Shown piece by piece: positions 36,639 to 45,757 of a stretch of 55,096 nt of DNA (position 1 is its first letter; each line of letters begins with the position of its first letter). The notes under the pieces are model-generated. The model was given only the letters and a program-made list of their open reading frames with translations, did no database searches and was not told the origin of the DNA. Source of the stretch: Candidatus Rokuibacteriota bacterium (GTDB lineage: Bacteria > Methylomirabilota > Methylomirabilia > Rokubacteriales > DASRDR01). Both the position numbers and the translations under genes were made by a program. The DNA is taken from NCBI GenBank assembly GCA_044866005.1, contig JBIOTN010000158.1, positions 1-55,096 of the forward strand. Direction: 5' to 3'.

Positions 36639-38132
36639 TCAGGGCTCGGGGGCGCCGTACCGCTCGACTCGGTACGGCTTGCCGGCCAGCGCGCGACAGA
36701 AGCCGCCGACCACCGGCTCGAGCCGTCCGGCGAGGGCGCGCGCGGGCTCGCCGAGCGCGGCCAGGCGGCTCGCGGCCGCCTCGACCCGCCGCCTGAGCGC
36801 CGTCTCGTCCACCGTCAGGAGGCGCCCCCGATCCAGGACCAGCCGGCCGCCGATCATCACGCTGTCGACCCCGCCGCCGTCCTCGACGTGCACGACCTGG
36901 TTGGTGGGGTCGTTCAGCGGCAGGTAGTTGACGTGGGCCAGGTCGAGGAAGACGACGTCCGCCTTGGCGCCCGGGGCGAGCCGCCCGATCTGGTCTCCGA
37001 AGCCCAGCGCGCGAGCGCTCCCGGCCGTCGCCATCGTGAGGGCGTCGTCCGTCGTGAGCCACCGGGTGTAGTCGGGCCCCCGGACCCGCGACACGAACGA
37101 GGCCATCCGCATCGCCTCGAACATGTTGAGGTTGTCGGAACAGCTCGCCGCGTCCGTGCCGATCCCGACGGTGACGCCGCGGTCCAGCATCCGCCGGACC
37201 GCCGCCAGCCCCGAGCCGAGCCGCATGTTGCTGCCGGGGTTGTGCGCCACGGAGGCGCCCTCGGCGCCGAGGCGGGCGAGGTCCTCGTCGTCGAGCCAGA
37301 TGGCGTGGGCGGCGGTGAACTGCGGGCCGAGGAGGCCGAGCCGGCCGAGGTGCGCGGTGAGGGTCTCCCCGTACCGCGTGAGCCCCGCCAGGGCCTGGAG
37401 CTTCGACTCGGCGAGGTGCATGTGGATCCCGATCCCGTGCGCCCGCGCCACATCCCGGCACCCTACGAGGAACTCGTCGCCACAGTGGAGCGGGATGGTC
37501 GGCGCCAGCGCCACGCGCACCGCGCCGCGGTCGAACGGCCAGGTCTCCACCGCCTGGCGCGCCGCGGCGAGGCTCGCCTCCCAGGGGCCCGGACGCAGGC
37601 GCTCGACCGCCGGCGCGAGCTCGGGCGGGACCTCGTCGAGGAGCCCCGGGATGGCCTCGTAGAGCGTGCGATCGGCCATCATCGGCGCCACGACGGCGCG
37701 CATCCCCACCTCCGCGTAGGCGCGCGCCACCGCGTGGAGGCCCTCCACCGTCGGCGCGGGGAACTCGTAGAAGAGGTCGTAGCAGGCCGTGCAGCCCTTG
37801 CGGACCATCTCGACGGCGCCGAGCAGGGCGGAGAGGTGCTTGTCCTCGAGGCCGCGGCCGCCGTTCGTCCACGGCCCGGCGTTGAGCAGGAGCTCGAGGG
37901 TCCACCGGTCGCCCACGCCCTTCGAGAGGGTCCCGTGGCTGTGGGTGTGGGCGTTGACCAGTCCCGGGATCAAGAGCTTGCCCGCGGCGTCGAGCCGGGT
38001 CGCGTCGGCGGGCGCCGGCATCCCGGGCGGCCCCACCTCGGCGATCGTGTCGCCGCGCACCAAGACGTCGGCGGGCGCCGCGGTGTGCCCGCGGACGTCG
38101 AGGAGCCGGCCGCCCCGGACGACGAGCGTCAC
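36639..38132 (-). CDS. Amidohydrolase (TRZ/ATZ, SsnA-like deaminase)
   Basis: PGLVNAHTH, HMHLAES, AAHAIW, HNPGSNMRLGSG and GTD motifs. Confidence 0.9.
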   Translation of the reverse strand: MTLVVRGGRLLDVRGHTAAPADVLVRGDTIAEVGPPGMPAPADATRLDAAGKLLIPGLVNAHTHSHGTLSKGVGDRWTLELLLNAGPWTNGGRGLEDKHLSALLGAVEMVRKGCTACYDLFYEFPAPTVEGLHAVARAYAEVGMRAVVAPMMADRTLYEAIPGLLDEVPPELAPAVERLRPGPWEASLAAARQAVETWPFDRGAVRVALAPTIPLHCGDEFLVGCRDVARAHGIGIHMHLAESKLQALAGLTRYGETLTAHLGRLGLLGPQFTAAHAIWLDDEDLARLGAEGASVAHNPGSNMRLGSGLAAVRRMLDRGVTVGIGTDAASCSDNLNMFEAMRMASFVSRVRGPDYTRWLTTDDALTMATAGSARALGFGDQIGRLAPGAKADVVFLDLAHVNYLPLNDPTNQVVHVEDGGGVDSVMIGGRLVLDRGRLLTVDETALRRRVEAAASRLAALGEPARALAGRLEPVVGGFCRALAGKPYRVERYGAPEP

Positions 38133-38261
38133 GGCCTCGCACTCTATGCGTCCCCGACGAACGCTGTCAAGGCCGGGGGCCGCCCGCGGGCGCGCGCCCC
38201 GCCCGCTCCGCGCCCGGCGGCCCTGTTGTTGACGCCCGGCGGCCCTGTCGCCCGGCAGCCC

Positions 38262-38290
38262 TTGACACCTCGGGGGCGGCCCATTAGCCT
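38262..38290 (+). promoter_or_regulatory. Sigma70-type promoter TTGACA-N17-TAGCCT
   Basis: Consensus -35 with 17-bp spacer, about 125 nt upstream of the BMP gene. Confidence 0.55.
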
Positions 38291-38416
38291 CGGGATACCC
38301 CGATGGCGGCGTGTTCGCCGCCGCACCGTCTCTTCGGCTGCCGGGGTCGGTTCCGGAAGAGGAGGTCTCTCCAACCCGCCGCCCCGGCGCGGCATCCTGG
38401 CGCAAAGGAGGGCAGC

Positions 38417-39385
38417 ATGAAGCGTCGTTGGTGGGCAGTCGTCGGCGTCCTCATCGGCCTCGCGCTCCTCCCGGGGGGCGCGACCGACACGGAGGCCCAG
38501 GCCAAGAAGCTCAAGGTCGCGATCGTCCTTCCCGGGGTGATCACGGACAAGGCCTGGAACCAGTTCGGCCACGAGGGGCTGAAGCTCATCGAGAAGGAGC
38601 TCCCGGCCGAGGTGGCGTTCGTCGAGCGGGTCGCCCAGCCCGACCAGGCCGAGGCCATGGGAGACTTCGCGCGGCGCGGCTTCGACCTCGTGTTCGGACA
38701 CGGCGGCGAGTTCGACGCGGCCGCGAAGCAGGTCGGGGCGAAGTTCCCGAAGACCCGGTTCGTGGTGACCAACGGGAACGTCGGCGAGAAGAACATCGCC
38801 TCCATGCAGATCAACCACTGGCAGGTGAGCTTCCTCGGCGGGGTGGCCGCCGGCATGATGACGAAGTCCAACAAGCTCGCCTTCATCACCGCCCAGAAGT
38901 TCAAGGCCATGGACGACGCCTACGCCGGGTTCCGGGACGGGGCCAAGTGGGTGAACCCGAAGGTGGAGGTCGCCATCTCGTACACCGGCGACTGGGACGA
39001 CGTGGGCAAGGCCAAGGAGGCCGCGCTGGCGCACATCTCCCGGGGCGTCGACGTGCTGGCGCCGGACCTCGACCTCGCCCAGCAGGGGGGGATCGAGGCG
39101 GCGAAGGAAAAGAACGTGTGGGCGATCGGATTCGTGGGCGACCAGTATCCGATGGCGCCCAAGCACATCCTCACGAGCGCGATCGAGAACATCCAGGTCG
39201 GCATGCTGGAGGTCGCGAAGCTCGTGCGGGACGGGAAGATCCAGGGCAAGAGCTACGTGATCGGCGTGGAGAACCCCAAGGCGGCGGGCTACGGCAAGTT
39301 CGGGGACCAGGTGCCGCCGAAGGTCCGCGAGAAGGTGGCCGAAGCCAAGAAGCTCATGCTCGACGGGAAGCTCAAGCAGCAGTAA
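38417..39385 (+). CDS. BMP/PnrA-family (nucleoside/purine) ABC substrate-binding protein
   Basis: Signal peptide, PG.I.DKAWNQ, FGHG.EF, YTGDWDDVGKAKEAA and IG..GDQ motifs. AAGGAGG RBS. Confidence 0.9.
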   Translation: MKRRWWAVVGVLIGLALLPGGATDTEAQAKKLKVAIVLPGVITDKAWNQFGHEGLKLIEKELPAEVAFVERVAQPDQAEAMGDFARRGFDLVFGHGGEFDAAAKQVGAKFPKTRFVVTNGNVGEKNIASMQINHWQVSFLGGVAAGMMTKSNKLAFITAQKFKAMDDAYAGFRDGAKWVNPKVEVAISYTGDWDDVGKAKEAALAHISRGVDVLAPDLDLAQQGGIEAAKEKNVWAIGFVGDQYPMAPKHILTSAIENIQVGMLEVAKLVRDGKIQGKSYVIGVENPKAAGYGKFGDQVPPKVREKVAEAKKLMLDGKLKQQ

Positions 39386-39390
39386 TCTCT

Positions 39391-39424
39391 GCCGGCCTCC
39401 CCGCCAGGCCGCGGGGAGGCCGGC
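39391..39424 (+). terminator. 14-bp perfect stem-loop after the SBP gene (mRNA stabiliser/attenuator)
   Basis: GCCGGCCTCCCCGC-caggcc-GCGGGGAGGCCGGC with no U-tract. Confidence 0.55.
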
Positions 39425-39446
39425 CCCATTCCCTCCCACATCGCCC

Positions 39447-40958
39447 GTGCTCGAGATCGCGGACATCACCAAGGTCTTCGGCCGCGTCGTCGCCAACGAC
39501 CGCATCAGCCTCCGGGTCGCGCGCGGAAGCGTCCACGCGCTCCTCGGCGAGAACGGCGCCGGCAAGAGCACGCTGATGAACGTCCTCTACGGGCTCTACC
39601 GCCCGGACGCCGGCCGGATCGTGCTCCGGGGCCGGCCGGTGACCTTTCACTCGCCGCGCGACGCGATCCGCGCCGGGATCGGGATGATCCATCAGCACTT
39701 CATGCTCGTGCCCCCGCTCACCGTGGCCGAGAACATCATCCTCGGCCACGACCCGCTCACGCGGCCCTGGCTCGACCTCGCCCGCGTCGAGCGCGACGTC
39801 GCGGCGCTGTCGCGGGCCTACGGCCTGGACGTGGACCCCACGGCGCGCGTCTGGCAGCTGCCCGTCGGCCAGCAGCAACGGGTGGAGATCCTGAAGGCGC
39901 TCTACCGGAAGGCCGACCTCCTGATCCTGGACGAGCCGACCTCCGTCCTCACCCCGGGCGAGACCCAGGCGCTGTTCGAGATCATCCGCCGCCTCCGCGA
40001 CGACGGCCACACGGTGATCTTCATCTCCCACAAGCTCGACGAGGTCATGGCGATCAGCGACGCGGTCACGGTGCTCCGCGGCGGCCGGGTCGTGACGACG
40101 GTGCCGCGGCGCGAGACGACGCCGGCCAAGCTCGCCCTGGCCATGGTCGGCCGCGAGGTGGTGTTCCGCGTGGCGCACGAGCGGCGTCACGCCGGGGAGC
40201 CGGTCCTTGCGGTCGAGGGGCTGCGGGCGCTGAACGACCGGGGGCTGCCGGCGCTCCGCGGGGTCTCCTTCGCGGTCCATCGGGGCGAGATCCTGGGGGT
40301 CGCCGGGGTGGACGGTAACGGCCAGAGCGAGCTGGCCGAATGCCTCTGCGGGCTCCGCCCGCCCACCGCCGGCCGCGTGACGGTGCGCGGTCGCGACGCC
40401 ACGGGGTGGCCCCCGCGCGAGATCATCGCGCTCGGAGTGGGCTTCATCCCGGCGGACCGGCAGCGGACCGGCCTCATCCTCGACTTCGACATCGGCCGGA
40501 ACCTGATCCTCAAGCGCCACGACCGGCGCCCGTTCGCCCGGCGCGGGGTCATGGACGGGAGCGCCGTCCAGCGGCACGCCGCCGAGCTCGTGGCGCGCTT
40601 CGACATCCGCGCCACCGACCCCCGGGTCCCCGTCCGCACGCTCTCCGGCGGCAACCAGCAGAAGGTGGTCCTGGCGCGCGAGGTCTCGGAGGACCCGGCG
40701 ATCCTCGTCGCCATGCAGCCGACCCGCGGGCTGGACGTCGGCGCCACGGAGTACATCCAGCGGAGTCTCCTCGGGCAGCGGGACCGGGGCGCCGCGATCC
40801 TCTACATCTCGACCGAGCTCGAGGAGGTGCTCGGCCTGAGCGACCGGATCGCCGTCCTGTCGCAGGGCGAGATCGTGGGCCTCCTCGACGCGGCGAGCGC
40901 CACGAGCGAGACGATCGGGATGCTCATGGCGGGCCGCCGCGGGGCCGACCCGGGATGA
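39447..40958 (+). CDS. Nucleoside ABC transporter ATP-binding protein (NupA/YufO-like, double ABC)
   Basis: GENGAGKST, HQHFMLV, GVDGNGQSEL, LSGGNQQK and QPTRGLD motifs. Confidence 0.93.
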   Translation: MLEIADITKVFGRVVANDRISLRVARGSVHALLGENGAGKSTLMNVLYGLYRPDAGRIVLRGRPVTFHSPRDAIRAGIGMIHQHFMLVPPLTVAENIILGHDPLTRPWLDLARVERDVAALSRAYGLDVDPTARVWQLPVGQQQRVEILKALYRKADLLILDEPTSVLTPGETQALFEIIRRLRDDGHTVIFISHKLDEVMAISDAVTVLRGGRVVTTVPRRETTPAKLALAMVGREVVFRVAHERRHAGEPVLAVEGLRALNDRGLPALRGVSFAVHRGEILGVAGVDGNGQSELAECLCGLRPPTAGRVTVRGRDATGWPPREIIALGVGFIPADRQRTGLILDFDIGRNLILKRHDRRPFARRGVMDGSAVQRHAAELVARFDIRATDPRVPVRTLSGGNQQKVVLAREVSEDPAILVAMQPTRGLDVGATEYIQRSLLGQRDRGAAILYISTELEEVLGLSDRIAVLSQGEIVGLLDAASATSETIGMLMAGRRGADPG

Positions 40959-42073
40959 GGGCCGGCTGGCGGGTCTGGGTCCTGCGCCTCGTGCCGGCGT
41001 GGGCGCTCGGGCTCGCGCTCGCCCTCGGCGCCGTCCTGATCGCGATCGGCGGCGGCAACCCTTTCGCCGCGTACTGGGCGGTCTTCCACGGCGCCTTCGG
41101 CGACGTCTTCGGCTTCGGGTCGACGTTGACCAAGATGGCCCCGATCCTGCTCGCGGGGCTGGGGGTCGCCCTGGCCGCGCGCGCCGGGCTCTTCAACATC
41201 GGCGCCGAGGGCCAGATCTACCTCGGCGGCCTCGGCGCCGCCTGGGTCGGTCTCTACGTCCCGGGGCTCCCCGCCCTCCTCCACGTGCCGCTCGCCCTCG
41301 CCGCGAGCGCGCTGGCCGGGGGGCTCTGGGCGCTTCTGCCGGCCTACCTCCGGGTGGCCCGTGGGGTGAACGAGGTCATCACGACCCTGCTCATGAACTA
41401 CATCGCGATCAACGGCGTCGGCTACGTGGTGCACGGCCCCATGATGGAGCCGGGCGCCCCCTACGCCTACACGCCGCTCCTGGCCGAGAGCGCGCGGCTG
41501 CCGCTCGTCCTGCCCGAGGCCGATGCCCACGCGGGCATCCTCCTCGGCCTCGTCGCGGCCGTCGTCCTCCATTTCCTCCTCCACCGCGCGCCCCTGGGCT
41601 ACCGGATCCAGGCCGTCGGGCTGAACGCGCAGGCCGCCGCGTACGGCGGGATCCGCGTGAGGCGGACGATGGTCGGCGCCATGATGATGTCCGGCGCGCT
41701 CGCCGGGCTGGCGGGGGCAGGCGAGGTCATGGGGCTCAAGTACCGCCTCTTCGACCGCTTCTCGCCGGGGTACGGGTTCGACGCCATCGCGGCGGCGTTC
41801 CTCGCCGGGAGCGAGCCGTTGCTGGTGATCGTGACCTCGCTCTTCTTCGGCGCGCTGCGGAGCGGCGGCAACCTCATGCAGCGGGCGGTCGGCACGCCGG
41901 TCGCCATCGTCATCGTGATCCAGGGCCTCGCCATCTTCTTCCTCACGCTGGGCCTCGTCCTCCACCAGTGGGGGCCGGCGCGGCGATTCCTCCGCGGGGC
42001 CGTCGTCGCGCCGCCGGCGGACCGGGTGGCGGCGGCCTTGCCCGGCGAGGTGCGGGATGCCGAGCTCCCTTAG
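40955..42073 (+). CDS. Nucleoside ABC permease (NupB-like)
   Basis: FNIGAEGQ, VNEVITTLLMNY and GYGFDAI motifs. ATGA coupling. Confidence 0.92.
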   Translation: MRAGWRVWVLRLVPAWALGLALALGAVLIAIGGGNPFAAYWAVFHGAFGDVFGFGSTLTKMAPILLAGLGVALAARAGLFNIGAEGQIYLGGLGAAWVGLYVPGLPALLHVPLALAASALAGGLWALLPAYLRVARGVNEVITTLLMNYIAINGVGYVVHGPMMEPGAPYAYTPLLAESARLPLVLPEADAHAGILLGLVAAVVLHFLLHRAPLGYRIQAVGLNAQAAAYGGIRVRRTMVGAMMMSGALAGLAGAGEVMGLKYRLFDRFSPGYGFDAIAAAFLAGSEPLLVIVTSLFFGALRSGGNLMQRAVGTPVAIVIVIQGLAIFFLTLGLVLHQWGPARRFLRGAVVAPPADRVAAALPGEVRDAELP

Positions 42074-42995
42074 CCTGCCGCTCGTCGTGGAGTTCCTCGC
42101 GGCCACCGTCCGCATGGCCACGCCGCTCGGCTTCGCGGCCGTCGGCGGCGTCTTCTCCGAGCGCTCCGGCGTGTTCAACATCGCGCTGGAAGGCCTCATG
42201 CTCGTCGGCGCCTTCGCGGCCGTCATGGGCAGCCACTGGAGCGGCGACCCGTGGCTCGGGCTGGCACTCGCCGCGCTGGCGGGCGGCGGGCTCGCCGTCG
42301 TCCACGCCGCGGCCTGCGTCTCCTTCGGCGCCAACCAGATCGTCTCGGGCGTCGCCCTGAACCTCCTCGCCCTCGGCGGCACGACCTACCTGAACCGGGC
42401 GCTCCTCCGCGCCGCGGAGGTCGAGCGCGTCGCCGCCTTCGAGATGCTGCCGATCCCCGGGTTGAGCCGGATCCCGGTGCTCGGCCCGGTCCTCTTCCAG
42501 CAGACCGTGCTCGTCTACCTCATGCTGGGGCTCGTGCCGCTCGCCGCGCTGCTCCTCTTCAAGACGCCGTGGGGGCTCGCCGTGCGCGCGGTCGGCGAGT
42601 ACCCGCGGGCGGCGGACACCGCGGGGCTGAGCGTCGCGGGGATCCGCTACACCTGCGTGATCCTGAGCGGCGTCCTGGCGGGGATGGGCGGCGCCTTCCT
42701 CTCCATCGCCCACGTGAACCTCTTCACGGAGAACATGAGCGCCGGCCGCGGCTTCATCGCCCTGACCGCGGTCATCTTCGGGAAGTGGCACCCCGTCGGC
42801 GCCGTGGCGGCCTGCCTGATCTTCGGCGCGGCCGACGCGCTCCAGCTCCGGATCCAGACCTACAACCTCGGCATCCCGTACCAGCTGCCGGTCATGCTGC
42901 CCTACGTCCTGGCGCTGCTCGCCATGTCGGGCCTGGTCGGCCGCTCGCCGGCGCCGGCCGCCGCCGGCATCGCGTACCGGAAAGAGGAGGCATAG
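42057..42995 (+). CDS. Nucleoside ABC permease (NupC-like)
   Basis: SERSGVFNIALEG, ANQIVSG, GRGFIAL.AVIFGKW.P and LPY motifs. Confidence 0.92.
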   Translation: MPSSLSLPLVVEFLAATVRMATPLGFAAVGGVFSERSGVFNIALEGLMLVGAFAAVMGSHWSGDPWLGLALAALAGGGLAVVHAAACVSFGANQIVSGVALNLLALGGTTYLNRALLRAAEVERVAAFEMLPIPGLSRIPVLGPVLFQQTVLVYLMLGLVPLAALLLFKTPWGLAVRAVGEYPRAADTAGLSVAGIRYTCVILSGVLAGMGGAFLSIAHVNLFTENMSAGRGFIALTAVIFGKWHPVGAVAACLIFGAADALQLRIQTYNLGIPYQLPVMLPYVLALLAMSGLVGRSPAPAAAGIAYRKEEA

Positions 42996-43001
42996 CCCGA
43001 C

Positions 43002-43616
43002 GTGAGCCGGCTGGCCACGCTCAGGCCGATCGCGGAGTACCCGATCCCGGCCCGGACCGGCGTCGCCTTCCGCGTGGCGCCGCGCGACTACATCCAGGTG
43101 ATCGACGTCCAGGGCGAGCAGCCGGCGGACTTCTGGGCCTTCCACGAGAACGACCTCGACGAGTACCTCTCGGCCCCCCACACCCGGATCGGCATCATGC
43201 GGATGCTGCCGGGACCGGGCCAGAGCTTCCTCACGAACCACCGGCGGCCCATCGTCCGGGTGATCGAGGACCCCATCCCGGTCCACGACTTCCTCTCCGC
43301 GGCCTGCGACCCGTGGCGGTACGAGGAGCTCGGGTACCGGGGCTGGCACGCGTCCTGCCAGGAGAACCTCGAGCTGGCGATGAAGCGCGCCGGCTTCGGG
43401 CGGGTCGTCACGCCGCAGCCCTTCAACATCTGGACGCACTTCCACCTGAACCCCGACGGCACCTTCGAGATCCGCCCGCCGGCGAGCACACGCGGGAACT
43501 ACATCCTGCTCCAGGCCGAGATGCCCGCGGTCGTCGCGGTCTCGGCGTGCCCGCAGGACATCACGCTGACCTGCAACAAGAACCCCACGGACCTGCTCGT
43601 CAAGGTCCTCCGCTGA
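43002..43616 (+). CDS. DUF1989 (urea-carboxylase-associated) family protein
   Basis: G.Q.ADFWA, HDFL.AACD, H.SC.ENL, FNI and SACPQD motifs. Confidence 0.85.
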   Translation: MSRLATLRPIAEYPIPARTGVAFRVAPRDYIQVIDVQGEQPADFWAFHENDLDEYLSAPHTRIGIMRMLPGPGQSFLTNHRRPIVRVIEDPIPVHDFLSAACDPWRYEELGYRGWHASCQENLELAMKRAGFGRVVTPQPFNIWTHFHLNPDGTFEIRPPASTRGNYILLQAEMPAVVAVSACPQDITLTCNKNPTDLLVKVLR

Positions 43617-43647
43617 GCGGGGCCGCGCGGCCGGGCGCAAGGCCCCG

Positions 43648-44637
43648 ATGCGTGCCGTCGTCGTCGCCGAACCCGGCGGACCCGATCGCCTCGAGCTCAC
43701 GGAGGTGCCCGATCCCGCCCTCGGCGCGGGCGACGTCCTGATCGACGTGGCCTACGCCGGCTGCAACTGGAGCGACGTCCAGAAGCGCCAGGGCGTCTAC
43801 CCGGACCCCGTCGCCTACCCCGCCGTCCTCGGCCTCGAGGTCTCCGGCCGCGTCCGGGCGACGGGTCCCGGCGTGCGCGCCCTCGCCGCCGGCGACCGGG
43901 TCGCCGCGCTCACCGGGCCGACGATGCTCGGCGGCTACGCGGAGCGCGTGCGCGTGCCCGCGAGCTACGTGATCGCGCTCCCGGCGGAGGTCGCGCTCGA
44001 GACGGGCGCGGCCTTCCCGGTCGTCGCGCTCACGGCCCATCACCTCCTCCACAGCGCCTACCGCCTCCGGGGAGGCGAGACCGTGCTCGTGCACGCCATC
44101 GGCGGCGCGGTGGGGCTCCTGCTGACCCAGCTGGCCAAGGCGGCGGGGGCGACGGTGATCGGCACGGTCGGCGCCCCGGGCAAGGGCGCGCGCCCGCGGG
44201 CCTACGGGGCCGACCTGGTGATCGACCGGAGCCGCGAGGACTTCGTCGCGGCCACGCTGGCCTTCACGCGCGGGCGCGGCGTCGACCTCGTGATCGACTC
44301 GCTGGGGGGCGAGATCCTCCCGCGGAGCTTCGACGTCCTCCGGACCTACGGACGCGTGATCAACATCGGCGAGGCCGCCGGCGACCCGGACTTTCCGATC
44401 CGCCCGAAGCTCTACGAGCGCTCGACCGCGCTCGCCGCCTTCGAGCTGCTCCACGCGGGTCCCGGCTCCGCGCGCTGGCGCCGGGGCGTGCGCGCCGTCG
44501 TGGATGGGTTGGTGCGCGGGCGCCTGGAGGTCCCGATCGAGGGCGTGTACCCGCTGGCGCGCTGCGCCGAGGCGCACCGCCGCCTGGAGGGCCGCGGCGT
44601 CAGCGGCAAGCTCCTCCTCGACGTGCGCGCCAGCTAG
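43648..44637 (+). CDS. NADPH:quinone oxidoreductase (MDR family)
   Basis: LGLEVSG, GGYAE, VLVHAIGGAVG, GVDLVIDSLG and GKLLL motifs. Confidence 0.9.
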   Translation: MRAVVVAEPGGPDRLELTEVPDPALGAGDVLIDVAYAGCNWSDVQKRQGVYPDPVAYPAVLGLEVSGRVRATGPGVRALAAGDRVAALTGPTMLGGYAERVRVPASYVIALPAEVALETGAAFPVVALTAHHLLHSAYRLRGGETVLVHAIGGAVGLLLTQLAKAAGATVIGTVGAPGKGARPRAYGADLVIDRSREDFVAATLAFTRGRGVDLVIDSLGGEILPRSFDVLRTYGRVINIGEAAGDPDFPIRPKLYERSTALAAFELLHAGPGSARWRRGVRAVVDGLVRGRLEVPIEGVYPLARCAEAHRRLEGRGVSGKLLLDVRAS

Positions 44638-44711
44638 CCCAACTTCCGCGTTCCACCGGACGACGGGCGAGGGTGAGCCGCCGAGCGAGCAACTGCGGAA
44701 GTTGGGCTAGC
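44633..44711. mobile_element. MITE-like 79-bp element with 17-bp perfect inverted repeats
   Basis: GCTAGCCCAACTTCCGC ... GCGGAAGTTGGGCTAGC with a 45-bp core and CTAG at both ends. Confidence 0.55.
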
Positions 44712-44909
44712 GGCGGTCTCTCGCAGTCCGGCCCGCGGGTCCTGCCGCCGGCTTGCCCCGCTCCCCGGGGCTCGTCACCCACTTCGCCCGGCCGGCTGCG
44801 GGGCGCCGCCGGCGTCACCCGCGGGCCGCGAGCCGCGGTCACGTCCAAGCGCGGCAGCCGGCGGCAGGACCCGCGGCCGCCACGACGCAGCAGGACACGC
44901 GGGAGTGGA

Positions 44910-45524
44910 TCAGTCGAGGACGACGAACTGACAGTCCTTCGGCTTCGCCCCACCCTCGCCCAGGATCGGCACGATGTCCTGCGGACAGGCGGAGAAGGCC
45001 ACGTAGCAGTCCATCTCCGCGCGCAGGACCACGTGGTCGCCGGGCCGGCACTTGGTGGGGCGGAACTCGAAGGTGTTCCGGTCCTCGAGGACGGGAATGT
45101 TCATGAAGATGTTCCAGGAGGCCGGGATGGGAAAGGGCGGCGTCACGCCGATCTCGAGGAGCCCCTCGATCATGTTGTCCTGACAGTTCCGGTGGTAGCC
45201 CTCGACGCCGAGCAGCGCGTACCGCCACCGGTCGCAGGCGGCGCAGAAGGTGTCGTGGATGCCGGGCGAGGTGTCCTCGACGAGGGTGAGGATGGGACGG
45301 CGCTGGGTCGTCACGAACGTGTCGCCGGTCTTCGGGTTGAGCCGCCGGTTCCACACCCGCGAGCTTTCCATCGACATGTACTCCCGCAGGTCGTAGGCGT
45401 TGAGCGCCCAGCAGTCGACCACCTGGGTGCCGTGGGTGTTGACGAGCTTCACCTTCTGACCCGCCCGGAGACGGGTCGCCTTGCCGTGACCGGCGGGGAT
45501 CGTGACGGGAGTCGCAGCTGCCAT
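44910..45524 (-). CDS. DUF1989 family protein (second paralogue)
   Basis: NTHGTQVVD.WA, HDTF.AACD, HRNC.DN and SACPQD motifs. GAGGAG RBS. Confidence 0.87.
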   Translation of the reverse strand: MAAATPVTIPAGHGKATRLRAGQKVKLVNTHGTQVVDCWALNAYDLREYMSMESSRVWNRRLNPKTGDTFVTTQRRPILTLVEDTSPGIHDTFCAACDRWRYALLGVEGYHRNCQDNMIEGLLEIGVTPPFPIPASWNIFMNIPVLEDRNTFEFRPTKCRPGDHVVLRAEMDCYVAFSACPQDIVPILGEGGAKPKDCQFVVLD

Positions 45525-45757
45525 GCTCCAGGGCTCCTCGTGCCAGCGGGTGGCGGCGCCGCGGGGCCCGGTGCACGGGCCGGCTGGATGTCGCCGCGGG
45601 CCGGAGGACACGAGTCTGCCAGAAGCTCGTTTTTTTTCAACCCGCCCCGGGGCGCCCCGCGCCGGCCGCGCACGCCGCCTGGGCGCGTGGGCGGCGGCCT
45701 CGGCACACGGCTTGCTTGACCCCATCATCGCGCTCCGCCGCGCGCCGCGCGTCCGCC

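Noticed and set aside
38299..38325. Fluoride-riboswitch-like GATGG..GTGTTCGCC
   Set aside because: Spacing is wrong, the downstream GATGAC.CC element is missing, and there is no crcB/clc context.
45525..45720. Guanidine riboswitch upstream of DUF1989; T8 tract at 45630..45637 as a phase-variation site
   Set aside because: No ykkC-I, ACGR twin-loop or ykkC-III motif is seen. The tract is more simply part of a minus-strand TTGAAA...CAGACT promoter.
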